Positions 12,601-25,200 of a stretch of 64,000 nucleotides of DNA are shown piece after piece (the first letter of the stretch is position 1; each line of letters starts with the position of its first letter). This DNA is from Tubulanus polymorphus (Eukaryota > Animalia > Nemertea): positions 3,162,001-3,226,000 of the forward strand of contig NC_134031.1 in assembly GCF_964204645.1 (NCBI RefSeq), in the 5' to 3' direction. Under the pieces are notes generated by a model. The model was not told the DNA's origin. It did no database searches and was given only the letters and a program-made list of their open reading frames with translations. Both the position numbers and the translations under genes were made by a program.

Positions 12601-15600
12601 GTGTAAAAACCCATCAACGATATCACATTCTTAAGAGATCTTAGAAATTCTTGTTTAAAGATTATTTTAAGATATGCATAACATGTATGTATTGAAGTTA
12701 ATATCGGATTTCGATAAACTTTATTTGACAGCTAATATACCAAACGACACCGCAAACCCTTTTTAAAACTAAACTGAAAGTGCACATACGACCTAGCGAA
12801 AAATTAGGGTTGATGTCCATGATGCCAGAATACGAACGCATATCCCCGAATTTGTTAGGGGATCGGATATATCAATCAAAGCCCGATGGCCAATGGGCTC
12901 CCAAACACGACTTCATGCTTCCTTCGTATAGTCAATTCGTCAGAAACATTATCTTGTATTGTGTGACAAATGGCAATTTCAGGAAGATCGCCATTGATAT
13001 CTTTACGTAACACCTGTCTCCACAAACGACGATCAACATGTGGAAAATAAATTCATTATGCCTACATAGATATAAAGGCTTGAAACGAAGCCGTCTCCTC
13101 CAAGAGTTAAAAAGGCTAAGACTAAAAACCTTAGACTGAAAACTCATAAATCAGCTTCATGCTTTTCAATAAGTCAGAACTATTTTTGCGAAGTGGCTAT
13201 GCTATCGTGTTTCGGTCATTGCGGTGATGGCGACCAGTTTATTGGCTTCGGTCTGTCATGTCCCATCGCTTGAAAACAACATCATATATTAAGTACCATA
13301 TATCGGAGAAATGTCTGTCAGGTTCACATCGATGTGAATAGTGTTTGTAGCATATCGACAAGTGGTACGCGTCACCCCACGTCGCTGGTGCGGGATTATA
13401 TATCGGAGGGAGTGGGGGTGGTAGCGGTAATGGTGCGGCTCTATGAGTCATTGCTGTCAACCCATGTAACGTGGGAACTGAATAGAAACCAGCACTGCGC
13501 GCGCGCGCAATGTGATTTTGCGATATTGACGAGGAAGTAAAATGAGCAATATGACTGGGTTTCATACCGAGTTACGCAGCTACTGCTAATTTTGCAGGTA
13601 GTTAGGTTGAAAATGCTGATGCGACGATATCGTCGAAATGTTACATTATTTGTGAAACAACGAGGTAGCCCGTCATGTAGGTCTGAACGGCCTTCGTTAT
13701 CGGTTGCGTCGACGTAACGATACGATTTTCCCTTATACCGCTAATAAAAGAACCATTTCAACCCATCCACAAAGTTAGGATCGAAATTGCTCCTCCATCG
13801 TTCATACAGTTTAAAATTGCTTACATAGAGATGTAGTGAAAATAAGCATGATCATGATGATTTGATTACGAAACGTACGCCGAGATGGCAATTTTTGATT
13901 TCAGTATTTTCTCAAGGTCTCTCTATCGTATCACACACGTTAATATGTTTTGATATTTGAAAACAATTCGTTCGCTTTATTTGAAATACTACGAGCACTT
14001 CTCGCTGGGTATTGAACATCTGTATACATTGAATATTGAGCGTGTTTTATATCGATTGACACGCGGACGTTTATTTGAGAGACTCGTGCGCGTTTCTCCA
14101 GACCACGACAGCTGTATATGATATGTGTATGGCGAATCGCGTGTTATTTTGTTTTTGTAAAATGGCTTAATCGAGGCCTTCAAATGATGGCGGCTTGCGG
14201 AAACGAGCCGCGAGTCCAACTAAAGCGAAATCTTCGTACGGTGTAACCAAAATAAATGCAAGCATCCGGCAAAACTGGGGATATTGTCGAATGTCAAAAT
14301 AGCTCGAGGAAACCTTTCGGATCTTTGCTTTTTGTTTCGTAGGTTTTTACCGTATCAGGCATCCAGCATTACCGGATGGCACAAAACAAAATCAGTTAGT
14401 ATCGATGATTGACGACGTGTCCTCGGCGCGAGGTTTTTATTAATCCGCGAGATGATGATCCCTGGCGAGTGAGTCATTCGATGAAAGAGAAACATCGTTG
14501 GCGCATTTTCTCAAGGTCGCGTTATGATGCGCGTCGTTATACGCTGTGTTTACGACCATGCTGCAATCTTGTATCATCGAGCGTCCATGTTCGATGTTAC
14601 TCGACGTTGACACGGAATAAGGTCACACTCGTACCGGTCGATATCTGCGGACACAACTTATTATTCGAGTTCGTCTTTAGATTGGTTATTAGAGAAAGCG
14701 TGGATTACAGTAGAGGAAGTCCTTGGTCCCTGATGCTTGTCCATATTTTGGAATAAGACCCAGGTGCATACAGATTCATACAGTTCTAAGGGCGAACAGC
14801 TTTTGTAAAGTTCCTTTAATTTATACTAAATATTTATCGTTTCTATCCATGCCCGCCTATATGAACCATGGTTAATTGATTTACATATTGTATAAGTATT
14901 TGTGCATCTCTTTTTTCTTTAAGCTGTATATGGAAATCTGTAAATGCATGAACGCGTGTATGTATGAACCTGTTTTTGTGCTCCACGCAAATGTATTTTT
15001 TCTGGAGCAATCAACTAATTGTCACTCCAATGCACATGAATTCCAATTTAGAATTTAGGAGTGAAATAATATCACGATTCAGCGCGTCGCGACGATGAAT
15101 CTGGGAGAGTGCTTCCAATATTCGACAACGAACATAAATAAAGGAATTCTGAAACTCGATGAAAATCGGCTTTTCAAAGTTCTCCCTCAGTATATCGGGG
15201 CGGGTTTGATAGACTGGTAACCGCTTTAAACCGGGGGTTAACTCAATTGAAAATGATTTGAGTTAGCCCCCGAGTTATACATTATTCTATAAAACATTCT
15301 ATAAAACCGGTCCCGATAACATTTCCGAAAAAAAGGAATTCGTTCGATTTGACATTCCACAATATCCCCAGTTTTGCCGGATGCTTGCATTTTGTTACAC
15401 ACCGTACGAAGATTTCGCTTTAGTTGAACTCGCGGCTCGTTTCCGCAAGTCGCCATCATTTGAAGGCATCGATTAAAGCATTTTACAAAAACAAAATAAC
15501 ACGCGATTCGCCATACCGCCGCCAACCTGCCGCTGAGGTTTTCTCGCTGTAAAACAAACTCTCTTTCTAGTCATCGATTAGAAATCTGTTAGGTACCGCG

Positions 15601-16346
15601 AGATTTCGCACCCGACAATCGTCGTATTATTAACATTTGAAAATAAAAACTATGTAGATCAACGACGATGCTTGACGAACTGAAACCCTCGACGCGCGGC
15701 TAGCGTGCTCTTATAAACATCGCAGCTGGCGTCACTGGCTTCTTATCCAGGGTCGGACATCTTGGATAATCGACCGACGAAGATATCGATCCATGAATAA
15801 AATTAGACTTCCATTTTTTTTCTATTCAAAAACGCTCGTACAGGTAGCTTTGAATTTATCGTGTTCTTTAGCTTTACGATTACGTAAATACAGAATACAT
15901 GAATATGACTAGACGAACAATTCATTCTTGTTTACTCCGGTTTGAAATCCGGTTTGCATTGGCTTTTTGAACGTCGAAACGGGTATTACGACATTCGTCT
16001 TTCGTTAAAAAATCCAGCTTAGGTAATAGTCTAGCAATGCGTTTTCTCGAGAATTTTCAACGACGCCTTTTGTTAACGAAATGAAATTTGAATCATAGGC
16101 AAGCTCGGAGGGTGGTACAGGATACCGCCGAATCATCGGTTCTTCCTTCTCCGGATGCATAGAAATGGTGAAATATCAGAATACATTTTGTAGGGCCTGC
16201 AACTCCAACACCGGACCAAAAAAGAAATGAACAACGCCCCCCGTATTTTCAAGTTATTTCCCAGTTTTCGTTTTGCACTTACCTACTGCAAGTCCGATAA
16301 GCGACAATGCAACGACCAAAACGACTGAATACGCCTTTCTAACCAT
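6583..16346 (-). CDS. Ionotropic glutamate receptor-family protein (AMPA/kainate-like LBD) lacking the amino-terminal domain; 7 coding exons complement(join(6583..6651,6997..7718,8180..8306,8930..9142,9596..9793,12225..12289,16283..16346)), 1458 nt, 485 aa
   Basis: All six introns are GT..AG and the phases join without a stop (64+65+198+213+127+722+69 nt). Signal peptide MVRKAYSVVLVVALSLIGLAVG; S1 VVTTIL-EKPYL...GYIKDLL...DGKYG...WVGMVGE...ALTITHEREKVIDFTTPYM; M1 FLSPLKYGVWIAVIIAF; M2 SLWLMLSSLFLQG; M3 RILVAFWWFFSLVFLVTY; S2 FGTVDKGSTYSFF...YAFIGEEPMIEY...CDL...GYGFA...KWF...C; M4 FGGALLVLIIGIIISLIAFIIE. Confidence 0.9.
6997..7718 (-). CDS. iGluR-like exon 6 (M3, S2, M4)
   Basis: Core of ORF 6928..7725; tctctatggcag acceptor, AAG|GTAAGA donor; WWFF, GST, GYG, S2 cysteines and M4 helix. 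Confidence 0.95.
8180..8306 (-). CDS. iGluR-like exon 5 (end of M1, M2 pore loop)
   Basis: ctctcaattcag acceptor; VGVILALYMHFNPYE...NKSLWLMLSSLFLQG. The AAG|GTGCAA donor is weak but gives a gap-free alignment to QQGCDISPR. Confidence 0.88.
8930..9142 (-). CDS. iGluR-like exon 4 (S1 with ligand-binding Arg, pre-M1, start of M1)
   Basis: ttttcag acceptor, GTG|GTACGT donor; EANIAAAALTITHEREKVIDFTTPYMQTG...FLSPLKYGVWIAVIIAFVV. Confidence 0.92.
9596..9793 (-). CDS. iGluR-like exon 3 (S1: EKPYL...DGKYG...WVGMVGEITRD)
   Basis: ttttcag acceptor, GAC|GTAAGT donor, 66 codons with classic S1 motifs; lies within ORF 9401..9841. Confidence 0.93.
11474..11531. repeat. 28-bp tandem duplication (actatgtaggcgcgtggtaggttcRcct x2)
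   Basis: Two adjacent units differing at one base. Confidence 0.9.
11561..11700. mobile_element. PIF/Harbinger-like MITE, family D, degenerate copy in iGluR intron 2
   Basis: Shares gcacgacgcag, aacgctcggaaac and tgcgtcRtgtgcg with 18410..18565 and 26947..27011; ends gggct|taa. Confidence 0.6.
12225..12289 (-). CDS. iGluR-like exon 2 (GQTKYGLPVIDGKPHAVVTTIL)
   Basis: cccattttag acceptor and TTG|GTAAGT donor; ends with VVTTIL, the first S1 strand of AMPA/kainate receptors. Confidence 0.88.
14127..15516. repeat. Inverted repeat with ~170-bp arms (14127..14298 and 15348..15516) and ~1.05-kb spacer, in iGluR intron 1
   Basis: gtatggcgaatcgcgtgttattttgtttttgtaaaatg...gcaagcatccggcaaaactggggatattgt matches the reverse complement of the second arm with few mismatches. 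No TSD seen. Confidence 0.9.
15197..15314. mobile_element. Short palindromic MITE (GGGCCCGGTTTCATAGAC-type termini)
   Basis: Imperfect TIRs and internal cgggggtt/gcccccg inverted motifs; homologous to 22146..22255. Confidence 0.6.
16283..16346 (-). CDS. iGluR-like exon 1, signal peptide (MVRKAYSVVLVVALSLIGLAV-G)
   Basis: ATG in gagATGG context, basic N-region plus hydrophobic core, ends at TAG|GTAAGT in phase 1, matching the phase of exon 2. Confidence 0.8.
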
Positions 16347-17365
16347 CTCGTTTCGATTCTAAATCCGAAAATATTTCAGATCGCTCCTTTTGAAAATTGA
16401 TTCTCGTGCCGCCTCTACTTCTACAACAGCTATCTGCGCTCTTCGTTCTTTCCCGCTGCGTCTGCGCCGTGCAATGCAAAACAACCACGCCACAACACGA
16501 ACTCTCAACAGCTCGTAACACAACAGACGGCGGGGCCGCGCTGCGTGTTGATGTCGCTAATGCAATTATGCCGCGCATAATAGTAGTCGCAGCTATGATA
16601 TGCAAACAAAAAGAATTGTTCGAAAAAAGCAGCGATGTAGTTCAGACGGTTACGTACACGAATTTGCTTGATTTTCAGGGTAGGGTGTTGTTGATCGAAG
16701 GCGGTAAAACCCATTTTATCATTTATGAAATAATGCCGTGAGGTGATCTAAAATGATGATCGTTTTTTAAGATTTGTTTTCTCCGCGTCCGCCGTCGGGT
16801 TTTGATATCCAGGTCGCGATTTTCATGAAAATGGTGTAAATACACAAGGCTATGTATACTTTGCTGACGGTGGAGAGAGGACAATGGCTTTACAGCGACT
16901 CGTGAGTGTTTGTGGAGTTCGGCAGGGTCGAACGTGCGTCCCGAGAAGATATCGAGAATTGGGGTTAAAAGCAAAATGATCGGCAATTTATTCTGAAAGA
17001 ATTACACCTCAAATAATATGTGACGCTCAAGCCTACTTTCGTTTATACCGTGCTGGGGGATGTGAATAGTGAAGATATTACATAACGACCTGTTTGATAT
17101 TATTTATTATCATACAAATGTCAAACGGAGAAAGCCAACAAAAAGTCATTATTAGGTCATATATACATGTATAATTGCGATCGTGTCGTGAATGAAAAAA
17201 GTACGTGCTGGATATAATATGTGACACACGATGATTTCTGCGCAAATATGATTAATCATAATTAATCGTTTTTTAAGAGGCTTTATTGATATAGTGCAGT
17301 TTATTATATGGCCGTATAATGCATGGGCGTAGATACAGATACAGAAATAGAAACAGGGTTGGCTA

Positions 17366-17603
17366 CCTGGGCGAACGTCGGTTATCGGAATTAGTCGACT
17401 ATAGCAAACTAAGTGAAACCGAATGTCAGTTAGTCGGAACTATATGGCCCGAAAATGAGCACGGTCGGTTCGGACCCAAGATGGACCTATGTTCAAGATG
17501 GCCGCCACTGTGAAATACGCCGTTACGACCGAACTATAAGTGCGTTCGGTTATTAGTTCCGACCACTAGTCGACAACTACGAAAAAACCGAAGTTCGCCC
17601 AGG
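17366..17603 (+). mobile_element. MITE family B, full-length (~238 bp)
   Basis: TIRs cctgggcgaacgtcggtt / aaccgaagttcgcccagg; internal CAAGATGGCCGCC; three further copies in the window. Confidence 0.8.
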
Positions 17604-18409
17604 CTCAGGCCAGATACCTATTCTCGGGAACTTTACCCGCAAGATTCATTTCTTCGAGAATGTAACTCTACACTCAAAATATAACCCTAACTGTAGAACT
17701 GGGTCCTGGCAGACGCGGGTTAAGTTGAAATGTAAGTCAATGTGTGCTGAGTACACTGATGTTCGATCCCCCTCTCTCACAACTGAGGAAACCACAGCCA
17801 CATTGGGTCCCAGGTGCTTTCCATTTCATCGTTGAATCCTATTTTCAATCCCGACATCGATAACGCCCTTTGTTCATGCCCGGGACGACATGTGCCGTGT
17901 GGTCTCAATCAAAGCCCAATGCATACGTATTTGTTTTATTTCAATTCGTTCATATTCAAAACCGTGGAATTGAGCTCAGGTATAGATTGAACGTATGTAC
18001 AGAACTGTTTAGACTGTGCGTTAGAAAAACAGCAGTTTTCAGCGAAAAGACTAAATGAAATTGCTGTACAGCCCTAATACTGCGATACAGCGTGACGTGA
18101 TAACGATCCCTGGGGGTTTTGCGCATGTCCTACTCGTCATTAACCGCTTTTTGAATCTGTTTATCTCTGGTAAATCATTTCTAACGGCTTTTCATGTTTT
18201 ATGGAGGTGGATGACACATCATTCTCTTTTCATTAACGCGCCGTACTTTAGTTGTCGTGGCAACAGTTTGCTGGTTGCGCGTTCACTCGGAACACAGCTC
18301 CACGCGCGGTCGCTTTAGCCGTGCAAAAATACTTCGGCTAGTTTAGGAAGAGAAGGACCGAGTGACGGAATATGGGAGGCAACGAAGTCAGTTCGCAATA
18401 TCTAAAGCA

Positions 18410-18565
18410 GAGAAACAGGAAACAGCCTGCACAGAAACACGAAAACAAACATGTTTTATCTCGGACACTATATTTCATGTTTCTGGTATCTCGTTAACGC
18501 ACGCGACACAGGGAAACGCTCGGAAACATGTTTCCATGTTTCCCTGCGTCGTATGTGTTGGGCTT
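18410..18565. mobile_element. MITE family D copy
   Basis: gacacagggaaacgctcggaaac...tgtttccctgcgtcgt is near-identical to part of 26947..27011. Confidence 0.65.
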
Positions 18566-19169
18566 GTACTCTCAGTTCAATATGGTTGAAAATCAGCTGA
18601 AAAAGTCACGTGGGTGCGAAAACTCCGGTACACAGATTCAAAATCGTTTCATAACCGATTACTTGACCCAAAATTCAAATCGTAACTCGCCAATAGCACA
18701 ATCGAATCTTCAGAATTCTACGATGACAAAGAAATTGCATAGAATCCAAGCCTTGTTCGTGCATTGCGAGTTTGTATGAGATGAACTAGATATAAAAGCC
18801 ATTCCCTTATAGTGAACCAGATTCAATTTTTTAATAAATGTTTGTTGAAGGTCTATAGCTATTGAGTGGTTGTAGTAAAATGTGTCAACCATGCGTCATG
18901 CTGGTTAACACTGACTTTATATTCCGATGACACATTTACTGGTAAATAGGTAAATACCCTTTGGCTTTGATTATGAAATTCGACAATATTTATCTAGCGT
19001 TTTATTGTTAGCTTTCGGTTCAGTTTCATGTCCTGTTAGAGCTCTCATATTGATAAATGACCTACATGCATAAACACACTTCTTTTTGATATTGATAATG
19101 ATGAACGCCTTAATTTTCATCTAGAATGAATACATCGTACACTAGATACAGATGAGTGGCATTTTGATT

Positions 19170-19565
19170 TTTTGACGCCGTAAAAAACCGTTGCAATGAT
19201 GTTTATATACATTGATACCCAAAACGCGTTATTTGAGGGGTTCTGTGTAAGTCGATGTGCGCTACGTCATCAATATTGGCGTTTTAAAATGACAATAACA
19301 ATTGTAAATTTTGGCCCTTATTTTGTAATCAAATATATTTCACTCTTATTCCATTCTTAATAATCTTTAACCATAATGTTTGAGAGGATGTGCGTAATCA
19401 ATATATCGGGTCTAGACTGGTTGCCGGTGAATTCAAATGAATTATCAATGCATTAAAATCCAAAATAACTTTATTGATCTTTAATATCATACTTTATTGT
19501 CGACAGTGTCAAGCGATATATGTGTTATTTTTCAAGGCGTCATTAAACTGTCAAGTTAGTTTTCT
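19170..19565 (+). repeat. Dispersed repeat F, copy 1 (~400 bp)
   Basis: tttgacgccgt...atgtttatatacattgatacc...ggggttctgtgt...ctacgtcatcaata...ctagactggttgccgg, colinear with 21004..21430. Confidence 0.85.
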
Positions 19566-21003
19566 TGTATATGTAAGGGAAGAATGGCATCGCTAGTCAT
19601 ACGAAAGTGTAACAGTCGTTTCTTTGCGAGCCTAATCTACGAAACGTTTTATCGCAACAGGATTGCAATAATACATGGTTCGCCGATACGTGTCGATACT
19701 TTCTGGTTTATAGTATTCTATTCAACGAACAGTCTTCAATTCTCGTTTCTTTTCTTCCTAGTTTTCTTTTTGTTTCACGTCTATCCTACTGCTTGCTTGC
19801 GACAGCAGCCTAAGGCTTCCCTTGGCCCACACACAGGAAAGCTTCTTTTCGTTATCTCTATCTTGTACACGTGTAACTGTGCTTGTCGAAAACGATTTGT
19901 AAATTCAATTGTTTATCGTTCGTTTCTGTCGTTGTGAATCTATTTTGTTTTCCCGGTGAAATAAACTTACAGTTAAACATGAAATTTACACACAAGTATG
20001 TGACAACGTTTGTTTACCGTCGGCCATTTTACTTGGATTCCTAGTAAGTAGAGAATTCGATCAAGGTCCACGCGTTTTCCCTAATGAGAATTGTAATTGA
20101 CAACGTTTTACTGATTCTACAGGAAATAATTGGCCATCTTTAGCTGGTCTGAACTGCTTCTATTCAGTATAGGCGCTCTCTCAATTTGTCAGAAAACCCG
20201 TCAGTATCCAATTGCTAATTCATACGTCGGTTTACATAGCAACAGGGGTTTTATCTATCGAATCCTTGGTGCAGAAAGGCCGTAACGATTTCGATTACAA
20301 AGTATCCGTTTCTTTTTCATAATCGGTGCCATCCAAGCTAGATGAATAGAAATTTGTTTGAAATGACCGAATGATTGCAAACTAACGAAATCCCGATCTA
20401 ATCTGTAAAACAGTTTTCGCTTTTAAAAGAAAATTGAGCGTGAACCAAATGCGTCGTGTTTATTGCTATATTGAATTTTATAAACCAAAAAGAATAAGAC
20501 TATTTTGTCGATCATATATACCCACTGCAGGTGTTAGTCGTATTGTCTGCAGATCAAAGGAACTTAAGCTGTCGATGCATTAAAAAATCAAATCAAATCG
20601 AGTAATAGCTTTAATTGCTTTGCGTCGCTGGATAATTTATTCAACCGGATGCTTGATAATTTCGTAAAACGCCGATGCCTGGTGGCGATGACATTTTAAC
20701 GTGTAATCGTTGGAATTCTATCCCGGTGACATTTACCGAAACACAATCGACGCTTCACACAATGATTTCTTTCTCTGTGTTCTGTAATTTCATTAACAAA
20801 AACTTTGTCAGACTCGAAGAATTTCAGCGACATTTTGCTCACAGAGCCACGGAAAATATGTGCAATACAGCAATGATTCTAGATGGCTGGCTTAAGTCTT
20901 TCAGTGGCCGGCCCCAGTCTTGCCATTTCGCATGATTTCCAATCCGGCCGTTGGTTGAGCATGTAACTTTTCTCCGTTAACTGTTTTGATCACGTTTTTA
21001 AAA

Positions 21004-21430
21004 TTTGACGCCGTTATAACCGTGACAATAATGTTTATATACATTGATACCTAGTACGCGCAAGGGGTTCTGTGTGAGTCAATGTGCACTACGTCATCAA
21101 TACTGGCATTTCAAAATGACAGTTGTAATTGTGAATTTTGGCGTTTATTCTGTAGGCTGATTAGATATATTTCATAGTTCTTATCTTATTATTTTCAGAG
21201 GATGTGCACTGCATCGTCAATACATCGGAGCTAGACTGGTTGCCGGCCAATTTAATTCAATCATCGATATATGCAGAAAAATAACTATAAATAACTATAA
21301 AATAACTTATATGCAAAAAATAACTTAATTGATCCTTAATATTGAATAATTTATACTTATTGTAGACGATATTGAGCAGTAGATGTTTTCTTCAATAAAC
21401 GTGTCAATAAACTTTCAAGTAATTTTCCTT
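21004..21430 (+). repeat. Dispersed repeat F, copy 2
   Basis: Direct homolog of 19170..19565, about 1.83 kb downstream. Confidence 0.85.
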
Positions 21431-22145
21431 GTTAACATTGGCCTTTTAAGAGTCGTGATTAAAAAAAGTTGTAATCGGTACTTTCTGTGGCGTATCTTTT
21501 TCATACGACGCGATCTTTGAAAATCAATTCATCCTTTTAACGGTCTTAATTTCATTAGAGGATTTATCGACATAAAATACGCTATCTTCTGATTTCAGAC
21601 ATCGCTCGGTCGATCTTTTTCAATAACCGTTATATTATACGGGTTTGAAATCTATCACTTTAATCGGCTAAATCTATCCGATTTCCAAAGCGATTTTTTC
21701 ATAGACGTATCTAATTAAATGGCCCCTTTCTGTCGGTCGGCAGCTCAAAATCTACGACGAACGCCGTCGTAAATTATCTCAAATTCGATTTGCGTTCGCC
21801 GCCTTACAAATTGAAAATGAAAGCAATTACGGTTATTAAAAAAAGAATTCAAAAGACGTAATTCATTTCAGTCGTTAGTAAACACGCCTCGTCCAATCAT
21901 GCGATAATTACGTAGAAAACCAGGTTCGAGTCCTTGATTTAACTGCAGTTTATGTTTCGTGTTTTTAGATCGGTACATACGAATAAAGGATACTTTTTAC
22001 GCTCATTCAAATCTCGATATCTCGTTAGCAATAGATCTTGGAGAATCTTAAGTATACGACGGCTTTTTCGGAGAAGAGATTAGAAAATATAACTGGGTTC
22101 TTTTTTACCTTTCCTTAAAACAACTCATTTGGTCTGTACCCTGCA

Positions 22146-22255
22146 TAGCCCAGTTTTATAAACGGGTATTGACTGAGTAACTCGGGGGTTTTACAAATTA
22201 AAAATGAATTCAGTTAATAGCCCCCGGGTTAATACAAGTCTATGAAACCGGGCCC
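22146..22255. mobile_element. Short palindromic MITE (same family as 15197..15314)
   Basis: gcccagttttataaac / gtctatgaaaccgggccc termini; taactcggggg / gcccccgggtta internal stem. Confidence 0.65.
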
Positions 22256-25200
22256 TGGAGATTACGACGCAGGTTTTATGATATCATATGATCTTATTTT
22301 CATTCAAAACTTTAACAAAATGTACGTAAAATAAATTGATTAGATAATATTCCGAGTGTAGACATGGATGATGTATCAATACTAAAACATTATCATCCCG
22401 ATGGGTAATGAGACACATGTACTTCATATACAATTAGCCAGACTGCAAAAAGTCTCATTTATTATTCTCTGGGTGGATTAAATTACTATTTGTGAAATAG
22501 AAAAAAGAAGTTTATTTCGAAGTTGGATTTAGCGACAAATAAGGCGATTGAATGGCACGCGCCACTTCAACCTTGATCGCACGAAATGCAAAAGAAAAGC
22601 CCAATTCAGGCATCGGCCGACAACATATCATCTACGAAAATGACATTTATCCGAAATTGAATTGAAAGAGTCCTACTTTGTGATGCTCCAACTAATCAAC
22701 TTGCCATTTCTAATTTTGGTTATTCGCGGAAAAGCTCACCGAGTGAAATGTCAATTAGTCGAGCACGTCGAAAAACAGTTTCACTCACGTTTGTCGTAAC
22801 AACGAAGAGGCAAAAATGCAAACTCGGTCTTGACTGAAAGGGTTTGTTTTTAATGAATGACGCGTTTCTTTCTTCGGAATCGTGTTAATGTCTAGCGTTC
22901 TAAATGTGAAATATGAAAAATGAAACGTTTTCCTGAATATCCAGAAAAAAAATTGATCAGTCGAATATACGTATCGTTTCGTGCAAATTAATTTCCATCC
23001 TTTTTCAACAATTAGAAAATGTATTAAAATTAGCAGGTAATTCGATCACTGTGTACGTGTTGTTATGTAATTAAAACTGCTGCTCAGCTCCAATTATATG
23101 ATTTTATCGTGTATTTGAAGAGCTTCGAATAATCATTGAAAACTAAAAGGTTACATGAGCACATCACATTTACGTTTCGTGACATTTAGTCTCTTAGTTA
23201 ATTATATATGCTTGAAATATCTGAGTTTTGAGAATTTCTTGTAGAAATAGAAGTTTATTTAATCATGTATCGTTTATGATCTGTGACATTTAGTATATTC
23301 CAATCCTGTCGATGTAATACACGTATTTCTTTAAATTCTAATTGTATTTCTTACATCAACATCGACGAATGCATCTATAATTTGCAAATGTTTGGCTTAG
23401 GCAATCTGTCAGGTAAGCTGATGGCAGAAATGTCTAGTATCATATATGCTCAACTGTTTGTGAAATATGGAGCAATAGACCTTTTAACTTTTAACTTTGC
23501 CTATGAATATGATTCGGAATCTGGAATTCTTTTTAACATCAACCGTTTCTGCAATCGTTCGTAATTTTTTTTTTCAATAAGGAAAGGCTTGAAATCGGTG
23601 TTCATTTCTGAATTTTTCCTGTTCTACTCAATCATTTTGAGAATCAAACCGACATACGTTAGGAACCGACATACGTTGAACGAACATTACGCATTTATTT
23701 CAACGTGAAAAAAGTAGATATGGCATGATGCGCTGCGTCGTCGGTGGTTGAGCTGATTGTCAGCAATTACGCGGGACAAACACACAACAACATCTGTAAA
23801 TCGAAAGTTGAAAAATCACCCTCATTTTTATCCGTTCGTAAATTTGTCACGTTCGCAGTTTTATGATCGATCGTACCCGGCTACACGTTGTTCAATAGGA
23901 AAACGTTTTCTGGTCACGACCGCACACATTATCCAATTTAGAAACTTTTCCGAAGAGTAAATATTTCATGTTTCAGATCATCGCCGAAAACTTCTTCTTT
24001 CTAGAATATTCCAAACTGCGTTCTGAAGAAATTAGAAATCTTCTCAAGCGTTGTGTATTTATGTTTTCTTGTTTGTTTGACGGAAAAGGCAAGCCCTCTT
24101 TTCTTATAAGTAAACATCACGCTATCATTGTACTAGTTGTGCTGAAAAGGCAAAACTGTTAAGATAATTAAATTCATAGTGTCATTCATGAATATATCTA
24201 TATGGCAATGTAAAATTGATCATTGTCCGACTTACTCATATCCATGCATCTACTACGGAAGCTAACCATTATGTACTAAAGAGATATGATTATTTCTCTA
24301 TTTTTTGCCGATTGAAAAGTCATAAAATTAAACTAAAATTCTACTTTGTATCTAATTCTGTGTTTTTTTTCCAATTTAATTCCGACTTTTCCACGGAATT
24401 AGATCATTTTCTGTTTAATTTTTTAACGGGAAGACAAACCATGTCCCCAGGACGCTTCCGTAATTTTGTACAATATATTATACATTATTTCTGTGCTCTA
24501 AGCAATTGTCTTTTTGAGAAATAAAATAAACTAAACTGTTGATGTGTCATTGTTACAAATTTATTATAGTCTTTTGGTGAAGTACAAAACAAGTTAAGTA
24601 TACCTTTTTTACCGCGATGAACGATCCCACGATTGTTAAAATTTCAAGTTTCTGACAGTTTCGAGATGTAACTAATTCTTGTCTTCAGAAAAACAGTAAT
24701 TCTACACTGGGAATAGATTAGCTTATCCGAGGCCCTTAACCCGTCTTCGCGAACGAAATGTTTACCTTCAAGATTCCGCGCTCGCGAGTTAGATTAAGCT
24801 TATACGACATACGAATAGCAGCTCTAGAAACGACACTGGGTCCCGGGAGTGATTGATTTAGCTGGAATTGATCAGTTCGGAGAAGAGAGCGCGAAGTCGT
24901 TTTTATTCGGGGGGGGGGGGGACAATCGAACGCGACTATCGCGCTCAATTCGACCGGTTTTATCAAGATGTTGCGATACTCCGCCGCAATCTTGCACGAA
25001 TAACCGAGACTTTTTTCTCGATCGGAGTAGAACCCGAAATGTGATTTAGATAACGGAATATTCTATGATAAATAAATCCCGCGGCGAAGAAGACTCGATC
25101 TCCGCTTTTGTAATACTGGTATTCAACAAAGATGACTGATCTATCGGCGATTAACTATAGAGAGGCGCCGTTCTCAGACGGAGGAAAGATGGAAATTGTG

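Noticed and set aside
12780-13015. Possible hidden ATD exon in iGluR intron 1
   Set aside because: All three minus-strand frames after the candidate acceptor hit stops, and there is no ATD-like sequence.
16339-16741. Overlapping 69-114-aa ORFs upstream of the iGluR ATG
   Set aside because: GC-richer 5'UTR/promoter region; the translations have no family resemblance.
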